NCBI GenBank assembly: GCA_964247055.1
Contig: OZ176058.1
Span: 1,674,001-1,738,000, forward strand
From: Paragordius varius
Taxonomy: Eukaryota; Animalia; Nematomorpha
DNA length: 64,000 bases
Reading direction: 5' to 3'
Made by a program: the position numbers and the translations under genes. The notes below the pieces were generated by a model. The model did not search any database. It was not told the origin of the DNA and was given only the letters and a program-made list of their open reading frames with translations. This document shows positions 10,294-25,193 of this stretch, piece by piece (position 1 is the first letter of the stretch; each line of letters starts with the position of its first letter).

Positions 10294-13200
10294 TAAGGTG
10301 ACCAGACGTCCCGCTTTTGGCGGGACAGTCCCGCTTTTTCACACTTAGTCCCGCCTCCGGCTACGTTTTAAAAATGTCCCGCTTTTTCATGATTATATAA
10401 AAAAAATTTTTAATACAAATAAATTTTTTTTATCCGTTTAAATTTTTTATCATTAAATATTTTTAAAATCTATTCAATTTTTAAAATTTTATATTTTTAA
10501 ATTAAAAATATTTATTTTTTCGAATTTATATCATATGATTATACACTTTGCTTCCTACTACTACTGTCATTATTATCAAAAAGCCAAGTTAATACCACAA
10601 ATCTCTAGATTAAAAGACAAATTTATACCACAAATCGGTAGCTTACACGTTTATTTCAGAAAATTAAGGTAATATAATATTTACTATGCTAATATTTTAG
10701 TTTTATTACTTGCCAACATTTTTAAAAAGCCAAATTAATACCACAAATCGGTAGCTTAAAAGACAAATTGATACCACAAATCGGTACCTTACACGTTTAT
10801 TCCAGAAAATTAAGGTAATATAATATTTATAATACTTATAGTAGTTTATAAATATGAGCACAAAAAGAGGTTGTAAATTCAACGATGAATTAATGAAAGA
10901 TTTTCCTTTTATCAAAAAAACGAATAATGAATTGTTAAATGTCTTATATGCGAGGGGGAATTCACCCTAGCACATGGCGGCAAGCATGATATTACAAAGC
11001 ATATGGAAATACAGAAACATAAAAATGTTTAGATATGGGCATTCTACAAAATGAGCGATTTATTTCGAAAAACCGCTTTTGGAGAGGAAGAAAAGAATTT
11101 GGCACTAGCTGAAGGCGTGTTATCTTTTCACGCAGTTAATCAATTCTTTTAGATCTATGGACTGTACCTCACAGGTTATTCGCACCTTATTCAATAAAAA
11201 ATTTACATGTGCCCGTAGTAGGGCTGAAGCCATTGAATGCAATGTCCTTTCGCCACACGCATTTTCTGAAATACAAAAAGATTTACTGAAAATTAATTTC
11301 ATATCGCTATACTTTGATGCATCTCACAAGGAAACAAAATTATTTCCCACTTTAATAAGATAATTTGATCCAGAAACTGGAGTAATTAAAATTTTAGATT
11401 TTATTTCGCTACCCGGTGTAAATTCCGACATAAGTTTTACTTCAATAATGAATATTTTAGAAAATAGTAATTTAAAAGACAAAATCATCGCATATTGCGC
11501 TGATACCATTACGAACTTCGGTGGAAAAGCAAGGAGGGGAACAAAAAATATTTTTCATAAATTACAGATAATCTTAATCAAAACATTATTGGCGTTGGGT
11601 GTGCAGCGCATTTACACAATGCTATTCAAACAGCTGCTGATTTGTTACCCCTAGATGTGAAAAATGGTTACTAAAATAATCTTTTTTATATGTACACGGT
11701 ACGCGTTGAAACGCTTAAGGAATTCTGTGAAAATGCAGAAGTTCAATATCAAAAAATGGTTGGGATATTGTAAAACTCGTTGGTTAGCTCTTCTGCCAGC
11801 TATCGAAAGAATTTTAAAAATGTATGATCCTTTAATATCCTATTTTTTATCATATGGCAAACCTACAACTTTAAAAAAGTTTTTGAAATTAATTCTTCAA
11901 AAATATGGTTAGAGTCCCTACATAATCAAGCTTTTCTCTTTCAAAATGTCATTAAATTGATAGAAGTTGACAAAATTTCGGCAATTGAATTAGTCAATTA
12001 AGTTAGAACTAATTCCAATGTCAAGAAAGGTTAGAAAATAATTTTATACCATTAACCATCCGCAATATAAATAATAAAACAAGGCTTAATAAATCGCCAA
12101 GATATCCTGTACCATATAAAAATGTTTTATACAAACTGTAAAGATTATTTGGAAGACTGGACGACGCAATTCAATGAAATTGATCATTTTTGGATAACAT
12201 TAAAACCAGAATTTAATTGGTGCGATGTTCAAAAATCATTTGATTATATATGTTCCCAAAAATTCTTAGTTAAAAGATATATTAATAATGAAAAACTTAA
12301 ATTATGGACAAAAAAATATACAGTAGAAAAGAAATGGTTGGAAATATTTCATCATTTTGAAGCCAATTATATTACATACAATAATATTTAAAAAATTGTG
12401 GAATTTTCAATATCTTTACCTGGAACCACGTCCACAGTAAATCAGGTGTGGACATCGGAAAAATCAAATTTAAATGTTGAACCTTTAAAGGCCGTTTTAT
12501 CTGTCAAATATAATTTGACAAATTCTTGTGAAGACTTCTACAATATTTTAAAAAATGATGACAATCTGCTAAAACGCATTCACTCAAACAAAAAATACAC
12601 CAAAGAATAAAATATTTTCTTATATTTATAAAGTTTTTATGTTAAAAAATAAACAAAATTACCTAAAATATTGTATAAGTCTTCATAATTTGTCAAATTA
12701 TATTTGAACACATAAAATGGCACTTATTCAACATTTAAATTTGATTCCTTGTCCTTACTTAATTTACTGTGGAAAAACGCGTTCAATAGCAGTGGTTCAG
12801 GTAAAGATAATGCAAATCCTACAATTAAAATATTATTGTATGGCATAATTTGTTTAAAAATGATTTTTTTAACCATTTCTATCCTACGTATTTTTTTCTA
12901 TTGTCCATAATATAAGTTTTCATTCAATATATTTATTTAATAATGAGACTTAATAAAAAAGTGTCATTGTGCACCGTCTTGTCTTCCAAATAATTGTTTC
13001 TGTTTGTATTAAACATTTTTATATTCTGGCTATTCATTGAGCCTTGTTTTTCTGGATGCTTTATAATATTGCGATTAGGTAATGGTATAAAATTATTTTC
13101 TAACCTTTTACTTGGAATGACCTTTGTCCTGTGATAAAAAATAGGATTCTAGGAGATCACATTTTTATAAATATTTCAATCGCTGGCAAAAGAGCTAACC

Positions 13201-13626
13201 AACAGTTCTACAATATCCAAGCATTTTAACATCTATATTTTCCACATCCAGGGGTAACAAATCAGCAGCTCTTTTGAAGAGCGTTGTGTATCCGCTAATA
13301 ATGTTTTGATTAAAATTATTCGCTAAATTGTTAAAAATATTTTTTGTGCCGCTTCTTGCATCACCCAGCGCCTTTTGTGATGATTTCGTCTTTATTATTT
13401 TTCTTCTAGAATATTACAATAACTTCACCCTTTGTTCGTGCACTAAATTTATTGAATAAGGTACAAACAACCTGTAAGGTACAAATTTTTTTATATTTAT
13501 AATGTATTTGTGTTAAAATAAATAAATATTACAATAAATTTGTATAAAAATTTTTGGTTGTACCCCCCAATGACCCCCCCTCTCGGATTTGTCCCGCTTT
13601 TTCCTTCAAAAAATCTGGTCACCTTA
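10294..13626 (+). mobile_element. hAT-2 transposon (3333 bp), decayed transposase plus internal inverted transposase copy
   Basis: TIR TAAGGTGACCAGA at both ends, 8 bp TSD TGTATGCT. Fragments with DAS, CADT..NFGG, KTRWLALLPAIER and LPGT dimerisation-domain motifs, with many stops and frameshifts. Confidence 0.93.
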
Positions 13627-15752
13627 TGTATGCTATAATTTTAAAGGTTACATATTTCATAAAATCACTATCTCCAAAATTTTTATTAGTCATAATCAAA
13701 AATCGCATTTTTATCCCATATTATGCCAAATAAAGTTTATTACAATAGATGAAAAAGCATCAATAAATTTTTTTGTTTTAATGAAACATAAAAATTTCAA
13801 ACGCAAAATATTATCAACATTTTGATTTTTTCTGAGGGTCTAGAGAGACTTAAAAGAATATAAGCTAAAAAATTGGACTTTTGCCCCGAATTTGAATCTT
13901 ATAAACTTGTTAAAATGTGGAAGATATTTTGGTTAAAAAATTATATATTAATATATTTAGAGTCTACCAATTTAGCCTCTAAAAAACTTAAACCTTCATA
14001 GCAGAAGCTGCAAATAATTTTTACAATACAACATATATATATATATAATAAATATCATTTACATACGATTCGATACAAAAAAAGTTCATCCACTCAGTTT
14101 TTTAATTTGGGAAATTATATGCCCTAAAGCCGGTATTAACAGCCAAAATGGCAAAAATAAATAATCAAGATTTTTGGGTAAAAAAATCCCTAAATCAAAA
14201 TTCTCCTGCATCGAATTGTATGAAAAAAGTGTTTATAAAATACAAATTGGATGTTTTTAAATCATAGCCACCTTGGTTTAAATTATTATTTTCTTTGTTA
14301 TAAAAGGCCTTTATTTTTTTAGGAGATATACTCTACATATAGAGTTATTTATATGATTTTGTAAATATATCAATTCAAATTTGACGTCAAGCGAACTTTT
14401 GGCTTATATTCTGATAAATCTTTCTAATACCCTCCAAAAAAATATAAAATATTTATTGCTAATATTGCGTTTATAATTATCCTTATGCATTCTGGTTCAC
14501 GCGTTTTCATCTTTTTATTGAATTTTACATGACCTAATGTGCTATATGAAATGCATTGATTTTGGCTAATAAATGAAATTTTCAATAATTTTTTTTCTCT
14601 CAATTTAATTGCATATATCATTTTGACATTCATAATCCTGAAGCTTTTAACTATCCAATGATATATGATATTTTTTTTACTCATTTTTGCCGCACAATCT
14701 AATAGCTCTCGTTAATATGAAATCTTTCATTCAAACGCAAAATAATTAGAGATTCTAAAATTAACTTTGTTTAATTTGGGGAAACTTTTAAACAAAAATT
14801 ACAAATGTATAAAAAACGGTATTTGCAACGGTATAATCTATAAATTTTGACAAAAAATAAATTATATGGAAAGATTTTTTTGAATTAAATAACTTTTATT
14901 GGTATTTAATAAATTTTTTAATTTACTAGACAACAGCTTAAAACTTAATTTGGATTACAATTACTATGTTAAGTTTAGCCATTTTGAAATGTTTTATAAC
15001 GTTTTATCGATAGTTTGTTTGTACGATTGGCGTTATATATAACGATTTATTGAATTTGTAGATTACTTCTTATCAAAAAGCCAAAAACTTGCATAAGCTA
15101 AAATTATTTTTTGTAGATAAAATTTTATAGAAATTATCTGTATTTACTTTATTAGTATAGGAAAAGGTATTATATAAAATACATGATCCCTTTCTATATA
15201 AAACCTATTAAACAAGATGTTTCCAACATAAATAACTTCGCGGGCCGCTTTTTCGACTATTAGATTTCATAAGACTGCAAAATGCAATATAACAATTTTC
15301 TACTTGTTTCCACGGTTGGATAGACTTATTTAGAAATAAATGGTTAAGAAATAATATTTTTGCAAATATTGTTTTGGCATATTTTTGCAAATTAGGAAAT
15401 TTAAAATTTTCGCAGGTCGCGAATACCTCTGTATTAAACACATATAGTATGGTAATAATTTATTGATAATACAAATTATAAAATAGAGCATTTGCCTAAT
15501 ATGGTGAATTGAGATGAGGCTTCATTTAAGAAAATTATAATATGGAATCTAAAAAAAGATATACTTTATGTTGAAATTACAATTTTTACAATAAAAAAAC
15601 TAGCTCGTTTCACAAAAATCTTTGAATTCTTATAAAACTTTTGACATAGATTTTGGAAATTTAAAAATTTCAATATAGATATTTGGTATTAACTCAACTA
15701 AGCTATTAAATAGATAAATATTTGTATATAGTGATATAAATAAAAAATGTAA

Positions 15753-15859
15753 TCATGTGAATTTCTGTATATTGCAACCAAATGCATTTTCAGCTGTGTA
15801 ACCAATGTATAAGAAGCTACCCGATCCTTATTTTGTTTGTAGAGATCAAGAGTATTGTA
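15753..15859 (-). pseudogene. Decayed copy of ATG8 terminal exon
   Basis: Aligns to 45410-45518; an early 1 nt deletion leads to an early TAG. Confidence 0.85.
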
Positions 15860-16211
15860 CTATTTATAGCGAAAATTATAATTTTAACAAAAGTTACTAA
15901 AAAAAGTTAAAATATTGATTAACATTCAAAAAAATCTTTTTTAATTTGATTGATAATAATTATATGAATTGTAGTGTTACCAGTTTAATTGATCATTAAT
16001 ATTTTGTTGACTAAAACAAGAGGCTCGCTCAAAAATATAGTAATTTTAAAATAGTAGATCTTTAAAATTGTAGGGAAAAAATTATATAAATTTTATCCTA
16101 TATTGCCAATAATATAGCTGTTTTATCATTGTATTTATATAATAATTAGCACCTAGATTTAGGTATCATACCCTTATTATCATACGATAGGGCTATTTGG
16201 CTTTTATAAAA

Positions 16212-16255
<44 letters not shown>

Positions 16256-16261
16256 TATATA

Positions 16262-16557
16262 CCATTTACAGTTCAAATTCCCCTTTAACAATTTAAATTC
16301 ACCCTCGAACAGTTCAAATTCACCTAAAATAAATTATGTTTTTTTTTAAACTTTAAAAATTACCTATATTTTTTATATTTAAAAAAGAAATATTGTTTAA
16401 AATTAATATAATACTGAAAAACTAATAAACTATGTCGTAAAAATATAATTCATATTAATGATGAGTTATATTAGCCCAAAACACATAAATTATTTTTAGG
16501 GGGAATTTGAATTCGAGGGTGAGTTTGAATTGTTTAAGGTTAATTTGAATTGTAAAT

Positions 16558-16559
<2 letters not shown>
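16262..16559. mobile_element. MITE with CCATTTACA TIRs in (TA)n
   Basis: TA|CCATTTACAGTTCAAATT...AATTGTAAATGG|TA. Internal TTCAAATTCACCC repeats in inverted arms. Family recurs at ~47300-48390, 53470-53735, 55367-55635 and 63203-63855. Confidence 0.8.
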
Positions 16560-16592
<33 letters not shown>

Positions 16593-16629
16593 AAAAAATG
16601 CTCTATGACTTAAAGTTCCATATTTATGC

Positions 16630-17190
16630 AGGCAATACATTAATGATATAGCACCCCATATATTAGGATATTCCAACCAATTCTGATTAATTAGATAAAG
16701 AGAGCATATATAGAATTTAGCTGGAAATAAAAGCAAATTTAATTGAAAATAAAATCTAAGGACGAGTTTAGGAATTCATAAAATACTTAGTTCCGGTAGT
16801 CTGCAATTTAGAAAACAAGAGTACATATATAGACGTATTGAGTGATGTAAGTACCTATGATTGTGACATAAAAAAATTTATAAGATTTATAGCCTGTGAA
16901 GGATAACATCGGCATCCTATATATTTATAAATATATATTTACTTTGCGTGATAATTTTTACCTAAAATATTAAAGATATCATAGTGCCCCTCTTTACAAG
17001 GTTCGAAGCGGTGCTCATCAGTTTAACGGCCACATTTTCAAAAAATAAAAATACTCAGAATTAATAAATATTTTATTGAATTTAAAACATGTATCTGAAA
17101 ATAAACTCATTAATTCAATTAAATCCACCATGTTTTCCTACTTATTCCGGGAGAATCAAAATCCAAAATTAATTTTTTGGCCATATAATT
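16630..17190 (-). pseudogene. Decayed multi-exon gene of unknown identity, copy 1
   Basis: Exon-like blocks conserved in three units, separated by short GT-AG segments (e.g. 16801-16824, 24 nt). Reading ENVAVKLMSTASNLVKRG...LLLFPAKFYICSLYLINQNWLEYPNIWG with an in-frame TGA. Confidence 0.45.
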
Positions 17191-18265
17191 AAATGAGTAT
17201 CTTATTTATATTTTAATAATAAAGTGTTATATTATAATAAAACATTAAAGTATTTCATTCAAATTCGATTTAAATTTATTATAAATTATATGAGAAAAAT
17301 TTAAATTAATACCAAAAATTTATTAAATGGGATTAGGTCTGAGTTCAATTTAGATTAAATTTTTAAAGACAAATTGCCTAATATTGATTGATTCTTTGGA
17401 GCATAAAATATTATTTAAATTAAAGTATGGTTACAAAATTTGTAAGATCCATAATCACAATCGTAGGTTATTCTAATCATACTAAACGGAAATGAATTAT
17501 AAAAAAATATTAAGAAATTTATGATGACCGCTATGACCAATATAATTGTAATATAAAATTAAATTTTATTTTTGACAAAGCTTCACATAAATCTATGAAT
17601 TTCGGCAATGAACTAGCTAAAAATGTTAGAATAAATAAATTTTTACAGTCTTTTGTTACTGCCAATACATTTTTCAAATGCGACCTACCGGATTTTTCGA
17701 TTCAAAAATGCGGCCCGCGAAGCCATTTGAGTTGGAGACCCCTGCTTAGATGATCGATGTATTTGGGACAAAAAATATCCAAAAATGATATATTTATAAG
17801 AACTTTTACAGTAACAGTTGAATTTAAAGGACAATACGTAAAAAATAATATAAAATATACCGACAATATGTAAAAATATAAAAACAAATACTTTTAAAAA
17901 TAACCATACTTTTTTAAATTTTAATTATTCTATAAGTTATCTAGTTACAAATGTAAGACATAGAATTAATTTTACTGTTTATATATGTCTCTATTCCACA
18001 TTTTACTTTTTTAAACATTGAGTATTGAAATAAATCAAGATGTAAATGTGTGGTTCTCTTTTAGAAAAAAATATTTGACTTTATATTTTTACGTCTTGTC
18101 CGTATAATTTCAGTTTTTACTTAAATAGCCAAATATTACTTCAAAACACACATCCATACTTTTTAAAACTTATAATTGCGATTAATTAATTAGATAAATT
18201 TGAGTGAATGATTAACGATGTCATTTCTATCCTCTTTTAGTAACTAAAATAGATGGGCTATATAA

Positions 18266-19947
18266 TAGGGTCGTAATTTTGACCCCTTTTTGAATAAAGG
18301 GGGTCAGACTTAGGTCGGACCTTGGACCGACCTAGGTCTTACCATATAATTACCAATAATAAATAACTACATAAATAAACACTTGACTAAATTACATAAA
18401 AAATGTTTTTAAATAAAGTATATATTTTTTTAAAGTATACTTTCACCAATACTAAATTTCTGCAATTAACGTTCTCTCATGGAATCATACATGAAAACTT
18501 ACAGAAAGTTTAAATCATTGAATAAGACTAATGAGAAAATATGGAATTATTTGTGCTCTAATTATTTATCCAAAAAATTATTGACCTGAATTTAATAAGA
18601 TTTAACATTACAAATTCAAATAATCATTTAATATTTATTTCATCCTGATCTTCATCATCACTACTGGATGTGTCAATTTCAACATCCAGCCGTGAGTTAT
18701 ATTTAACGGCCAGCAATTTGTTCAAACGATGTTTATCTAAACGATTGTACTGTATATACTTTTGCATCGAAAAGTTTCTTTCGACTGCATTACTCGACGC
18801 AGGTGCAAAAATAATTTCCATGACGAGTGATTTCTTGATAATCGGTAAATGTGCCAATAAACTTCCAGAATTCATCGACTCTCATATGGCCATATTTTAG
18901 CTTTTAAAAAATACCTGTTTTCGCCATATATTTCAGAAACTGTGAAGATATTTTATCATGAGGACAATCATTATTAAGACATATATATTTTAGAGCATGA
19001 AGTGCTTTTATAGTGTCGTCGCTATTCAAATCCTTCTTTCAACATGGGTACAAACGAGCCAAGAGAACTAAATCCGTTGTCTTTTGCTCTTTACGCCTTT
19101 CAGATTATTGTACTGATTTATTTATTTGATCTCCAAAAAACAATACTTAAACACAGTTTCACATTTCTTCCATGTGTCATATATATATTTGTTATAAGGG
19201 AGGTATCAGCCTCCAAATATCTTTTATAATTGGCTCCATTATGTTATAGATATATTCGGCAGTCATACTAGGATAAGATGTGTCATTAATAAAAAATGAT
19301 TTTTGGGATCTTTGGCCAATAATAATTAATTGTTTGATCCCTACAACTATTAGTAAAGGAATCGACGATAAACGAAATATTATTTTTACATATTCCATCA
19401 ACTTCTATTTTTATATCTTCATAACATAAATCTAGTAATTCATTGGAAATATCTTTTCTATTTGGAATATTCGGTTTAAACTATGAATAAAACTCCGTAT
19501 GTTTTAACTAACTTAAGAGTTGAAGCTTTAAAAATAAATTTTACTAAATGTTTCTGGTTTTAAGATTAAACTTAAAAAATTAAATACTTAGCTTGCTTTC
19601 GACCATCACCTTCTGTCATATAATTTATTTTATGAACTTCTTTTAGATGTTTATTTATTTGGTTTTTATATAAATAAATATATATATATATATATATACT
19701 GTAATTGCGTTTTTTGCATGTAACTTGATTTTTTGATCGAAAAATTTCCACAAGGCTTATTTCAGTATAATTTAGGAAAGAAAAAATGTGTTTTTATGAT
19801 ATTTAGAAGAAAATAATATATATATAAATAATATAATTCTCCTAAAAATTGTAAAATTAAAAAATAAAAAAATTAAAAAAATGGCCTATGTCATTTTTTA
19901 CGTGGTAGGTCATGACCCTAGGTCATTAACTAATGGGCACAACCTTA
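18266..19947 (-). mobile_element. hAT-1 (DUF659-type) transposon, copy B, 1682 bp, decayed and probably internally deleted
   Basis: TIRs TAGGGTCGT / ACAACCTTA, imperfect 8 bp TSD around GCTATATA. Empty site at ~28265-28282. Remnants of a BED-finger (WKFFD), the DUF659-like core (IVDSFTN...TAEYI) and the hAT dimerisation domain (PASSNAVERNFS, ORF 18624-18875). Confidence 0.88.
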
Positions 19948-21348
19948 GCTATATATAAAAGGTTTTTAATAAATGTTAAATAATATTGTCTTTTTGGTTT
20001 TGTTTTATGCGTAAAATTCCATTTTTTTACTGTAAATATTTTTTTGATATATTTTATTTAATATTATTAGATTTCATGATTATACTTAATACAGCAATGA
20101 TATTAAACTTTAATACAATGTAAAATATATAATTAATCTAATTTAATATGATGGGTAATTTATATTACGACAGTATTAAGATGGCAGATTAGATTACGTT
20201 AAAAATTTCTCTTATTCTGTGATGGGGAAATATAAATATTAAATTAATTAAGTTAACCCTAATACAATAGGTATAAACCATATTTGTTATCCACATTTTC
20301 TTTCGTACTAATAAAGGCATTTGAATTCACAAATATCAATATTTTTTTAGCTTTCAAGCGTTAGTCATCATCTATTTTTAAAATTAAATTTTTTGGCTAT
20401 ATAAGCATATATATATTGTAAATAATTATTTTATTCATCAAAGAAGAATTAAAAGGGCGAAGCTATTGCCGAGGCATTAATTAATGATTATATTTTTTTC
20501 GACATTTGGATTTGAATGGGTATACCGGTTTTCCGGAAACAGATCACAAATCCATCACCCTCCATTTTTAAAAATATATAGATTTTGTATCATGCGCTTA
20601 TAAGGCTTAATAAATCATATTTTTAATTCGCAATGCTTAAGATTCATTTTAAAATGGTCTCCCAAAAGTTAATGAAGTGTCAAATGAAATTTAAGTTTAA
20701 TTTAAAATGATTTTTAGATATTTTAATGAAATCACCCAAAAATATTTTACTTTAATTAAATTCATATCTTAATCGATAAAGTTATAGCGTTTAAATTTAC
20801 CTCTTAAAATTCTAGTATTCCTGTTTATTCCCTTATACCTTGTATTAAGTATCCTTAGCTTTAGTTTATTTCATATTTACAACTATTTTTTTCTTTTTGA
20901 TTCTTCAAATCTAATTTTATAGATAGTATCTGACTGAAATAAACCGCGTATTAATTTGCAGATTAAGTAAGGCATATAATATAATTTGTGACTTATTTTT
21001 TCGACAGTGATAAGATTTAAACGACAAAATTTTATAGAAAATAATAGTCTAAATTTTCTTCTTCCATGCAAACTTAAAATACTTCTCTTTAGCCTCAAGG
21101 AATGTCCTTTTTTATCTTGGCAATTGCGATTTAGATAAAAACATAATGAATTATAAATTAGCTAATCTATCAGACGGCTATAGAACTGTTAAAGTGTTAA
21201 GAGTTTAAAATCTATTTATTTTTTGAATATTTTTGTGATTTGAATTACTATAGATGTCATTTATTTTGTACTCTGTAAAAGATCCCTTTGAATTATTAAA
21301 AATTGTTTCTTGATTTTGAGTTAGTATGCCATGATATGACAAGTTTTG

Positions 21349-23491
21349 TCAATCAAAGTTATTTATGAAACTGCCAACAGTCATGTCCGAAATGTTAGAT
21401 CGATTTTTTGCAATTTTTGTTGGACTCTCAGTAATATTTATGCCAGTAGGGACAAAAAACATAAATCGATTCCACACGGAAATATTTTCATTATTTTCTG
21501 GTTTCCTTAAATTGGGATTAACATTAGAGCTCAAATTGTGGAAATTAGTTGGTTGATGTTTAGAGTGTTTTCGCTTACTTTTGTGCTTTCTGTGTGCGAC
21601 ATCGGAACTATACCCTAACAGAATATACAAAAATAATTAAACTGATTGAAAAATTATGTTAAAAGTTTTAAATATATGGTTAGTCCTAGATCAACTTTGC
21701 GAGTTAAAATATGTCAAATATTTTCCATATTAATTAGAGATTAGCATTTCCATTACCCAAATCTGGTTTTGTATAAATATTTTTTAGTTATTATGATTCA
21801 TTTGAAGATATTTAGTTTTTGAATAATATTTATTTATAGTAACTAGAGTTATCAAAAGGCCACCCGTTTTATTATTTTAAATGGTTAAAAGGGAATTTAA
21901 TTTAAATTTGTAGTGCCATGTATGAGAATTTTTGTTTTTTTTACATAATTACTGTATATTTCTCAGTATTTTTATTTAATGTAACCACCTATAAAAACAA
22001 AAAATTTACATGTCAACAGACATTCAAACTAAATCCCAATTTGCCAATTACAGTATGCATATTCATCCTTGCATATTCGATCATTGAAATATATGGTAGT
22101 ATATGGGTAAAAACAAAAAAATATGTTGAAATTAATTAATTACTCTTGTATTACAACATTAATTTTTTATTTAATAATGGCGAATTCGTTTTATAACACA
22201 TGTTACGTGGCCAACAATAATATGAATAGGCCACCATAAATGTATATACTGTGTTTTACCGTTAACACCCCACTACCTTTTGGAATAGTTTTCGAATTTG
22301 ATCATCCTTAAAAATATTTAAAACATTAACTAAAATTATTCAATATACTTTTTTAGTATTTTAGGCGCATTATACGAAACAAATTTAAAAAATATTGTAA
22401 AATCCTTAGCTCAATTTTCGCCGCCATTTTATTTCTTTAAATTTATTTAACACTTTGATTCAAATTGGGATATCTGAATACCCCAAACAATATTTTATTT
22501 GATATTTTCAAAAAATTACTGCAAGATACGGTTCCAATTTATTATGCTTTACTATCAATAAAAATTATATTAATAAGCCAAAATATCTAAATGAAAACTA
22601 GATTTGAAAAAAAATATCGTATCAAACTCTTGAACGCCATTTTACACCATTTTTGCAAAATATCGTGTTTATTTTATTTTAAGCCTAAAATAATGTTCCT
22701 TTTTTGTTAAAATTAAATTTAACATTAATATAAAAAGAGAAGCGGTATATTTTGCATCATTTTTGTATTTTGCTTTGTCATGTTGGCTAAATCTTTACCT
22801 TTGTAAATCTGAATAAGTAATATCAAGTATTTTTGAATCGATTTATTTTTATGTATTTAGGTTCATTAATGTTATATAAGTGCAAACTTTTGCCATGGTT
22901 TAAATTTATTCCATATTTTTTAAAATTTTGATCTTAAACAAGCCTAAGATATCTAACTACCTCGTATTAATAATCGAAGGACTGAAATGTGTTATATCCT
23001 AGTGTTTAATCGATAAGGTAATAGACAAATAAAATTATATTATGGTAAAATGTAAATAATTAACTTAACTTTCAGGTTACATTTTACCAGCAAAAACTTG
23101 ATATATATGATTTAAATATCAATTGTTCATTTCACTCGTGTTTTGGAGTTGTACCTCTTAAAATTAAAAAAATATAGAAACCTTAAGCTTTAATACATGA
23201 GAAGCATGTTTGATTATAAGATATTATCTAAAATAACTTTCAAAACTGTGTATATTTATGATGAGCTCTAAGATGACTACCCAATATGTCATAGCGGACA
23301 AAAAGCGAAAAAAGTCATGAAGTTTTTAATAGCTTTCGTTACTGTATTTACAAACATATTTAAACATATAAGTTACCATTTAGTTTGTTGAAATTACGAG
23401 TGGTAACACCACCAGATAGTTGGGTTAGAGTACATAAATATAAATAGATGTAAAATAAAAGGACAAAATATTTTTGATTTTTAACATACAT
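21349..23491 (-). CDS. Candidate secreted protein, copy B (C-terminus shortened by a 1 nt insertion)
   Basis: Exon 1 23377-23491 open with GTAACT donor. Terminal exon 21349-21614 (GYSSDVAHRKHKSKRK...INNFD*). Confidence 0.4.
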
Positions 23492-24914
23492 TTCGATACT
23501 TTTAAAAAACTTGAAACCGAAAATAATTAATTATAAATATAGCTGTTTATTCAACAGTTCAAAAAAGGCAAAGTTCAATTTTTTTTTGTTTTTAAAAAGA
23601 ACATTAGCTTTAGAATGATGCAATAAATCATGATATGTTATGTAAGGTTTAATTGGTTTTGAAAGGTAGTACATTATGTGTGCACTCTTAAATATATTTA
23701 ATAGTTACAAAGAGAAGTTGTTTTTTTGGCTTAATACCAAAATTATAATTACTTAAATGTTAAAATAAGAGGGACATTGAATAATAAAATTTTAAACATT
23801 TATTACATTAGCCAGCATGCCGCCTACAAAAAAATTGAAATAATTTGCAAAAATATGCTTAAAAGGCTTAACGAAATTGAAATATCTTAAATAATAATTT
23901 TTCTGATTCGGTCTACTTAATTGGCAAAAATTAGTAAAAATTGTTAAGATGTGTTTGATTTTTTTCAATATTACGTTTCAATCAATAAATTAGTTATAAA
24001 AGCCCGCCTAATAAGTCAAATGCCCGCAAGATTTTTTAAGTGAAAAATGCGGCCCGCTATGCCATTTGGGACACTCCTGCATTAAAGAGGGCTATTGAGG
24101 CCATTTCGTTTTTAATATGTATTTAAGTTTATCGCAAAATGTACACTTTATAGCAAATAACAATAAATTTTGAAATCGTGATGATTTTTAACAAGAATTG
24201 GAGTGATAGAAAAACCTAAAGCTGATTCAATTTGATTTTGTTCCGGATTTTACGAGGTATTAACGAAATTAATTTAAATAATATTCAAATGTTCTTGGAA
24301 CATATTAGATGTATATTGTTTGGTTTAATAGGTGATATATTTTTATATAATTTTACAATTTATTCTAAACTTACCTTATCGCTTTTGTCCACGGTGACAT
24401 ATTGGGGTAGTTTTATATCCCAGAGCTAAATCTTGTACATGTTATTTGAGTTTATATTTAATTATCAAACTGAACTCCATTAGAAAAATAATAATTTTTT
24501 ACAGTTTTGCAACTTTTGGACTCATGGGCCAACTCCCAAACACGTTTGAAACGAACAGCTGACATTCAATGAATATAAAGTTTTTGCTGGTTAAATTTAA
24601 CCTAGCTTACTTAAGTTTACGGTTTTTTTTAACCATAATATACATTTATTTGCCTATTGTATTTAAAATTTAAAAAAATATTAAAAAAAGGGATCTTTCA
24701 TCGTATTAGTTACATATTTAATTGCACACTATTTTCTCTCCAATTTTTTAATTAAATGTAGCTAATAAAAAGAAAAAATCTAAAGCCATTTAAGATACTA
24801 AAACGGCTTATAATAGCTATTGTCTCTAATGTACAACATTTACCATTCATATGCAAATAATGATAGGTTCTAAAATTAAGTTTCATTTAAATTTTGGCAA
24901 ACTGTATTTAAGAC

Positions 24915-25193
24915 CAGTAGTTGCCAAAAGGGGGCGAAGGGGGCGTGGAAATTCGGATAATTCAATCAAAAAAAATCAGAAACAAATCAAAGATTAATGA
25001 GATTTCAAGTGCCAATTATCAAGATTTAGATTTAAATAATTGTACAAACAAGAATTTCATTGTTTTAGATTTTTATAATATTAAATAAATTTCCATTTTT
25101 ATGTGTTTTTTTGGAGAAGGAAGGGGTGGAGTTGTGCAAGCTTGATTTTTCCAATTAAATGGGGTGTGAACAACAAAGGGTTGGGAAACATTC
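24915..25193. mobile_element. hAT-type MITE
   Basis: CAGTAGTTGCCAA...TTGGGAAACATTC with 8 bp TSD TTTAAGAC. Same insertion at 43887-44114. Confidence 0.75.

Noticed and set aside
20480-20565. EGDGF segment as an ATG8 exon-4 copy
   Set aside because: No similarity beyond DGF; the true exon is at 45410-45518.
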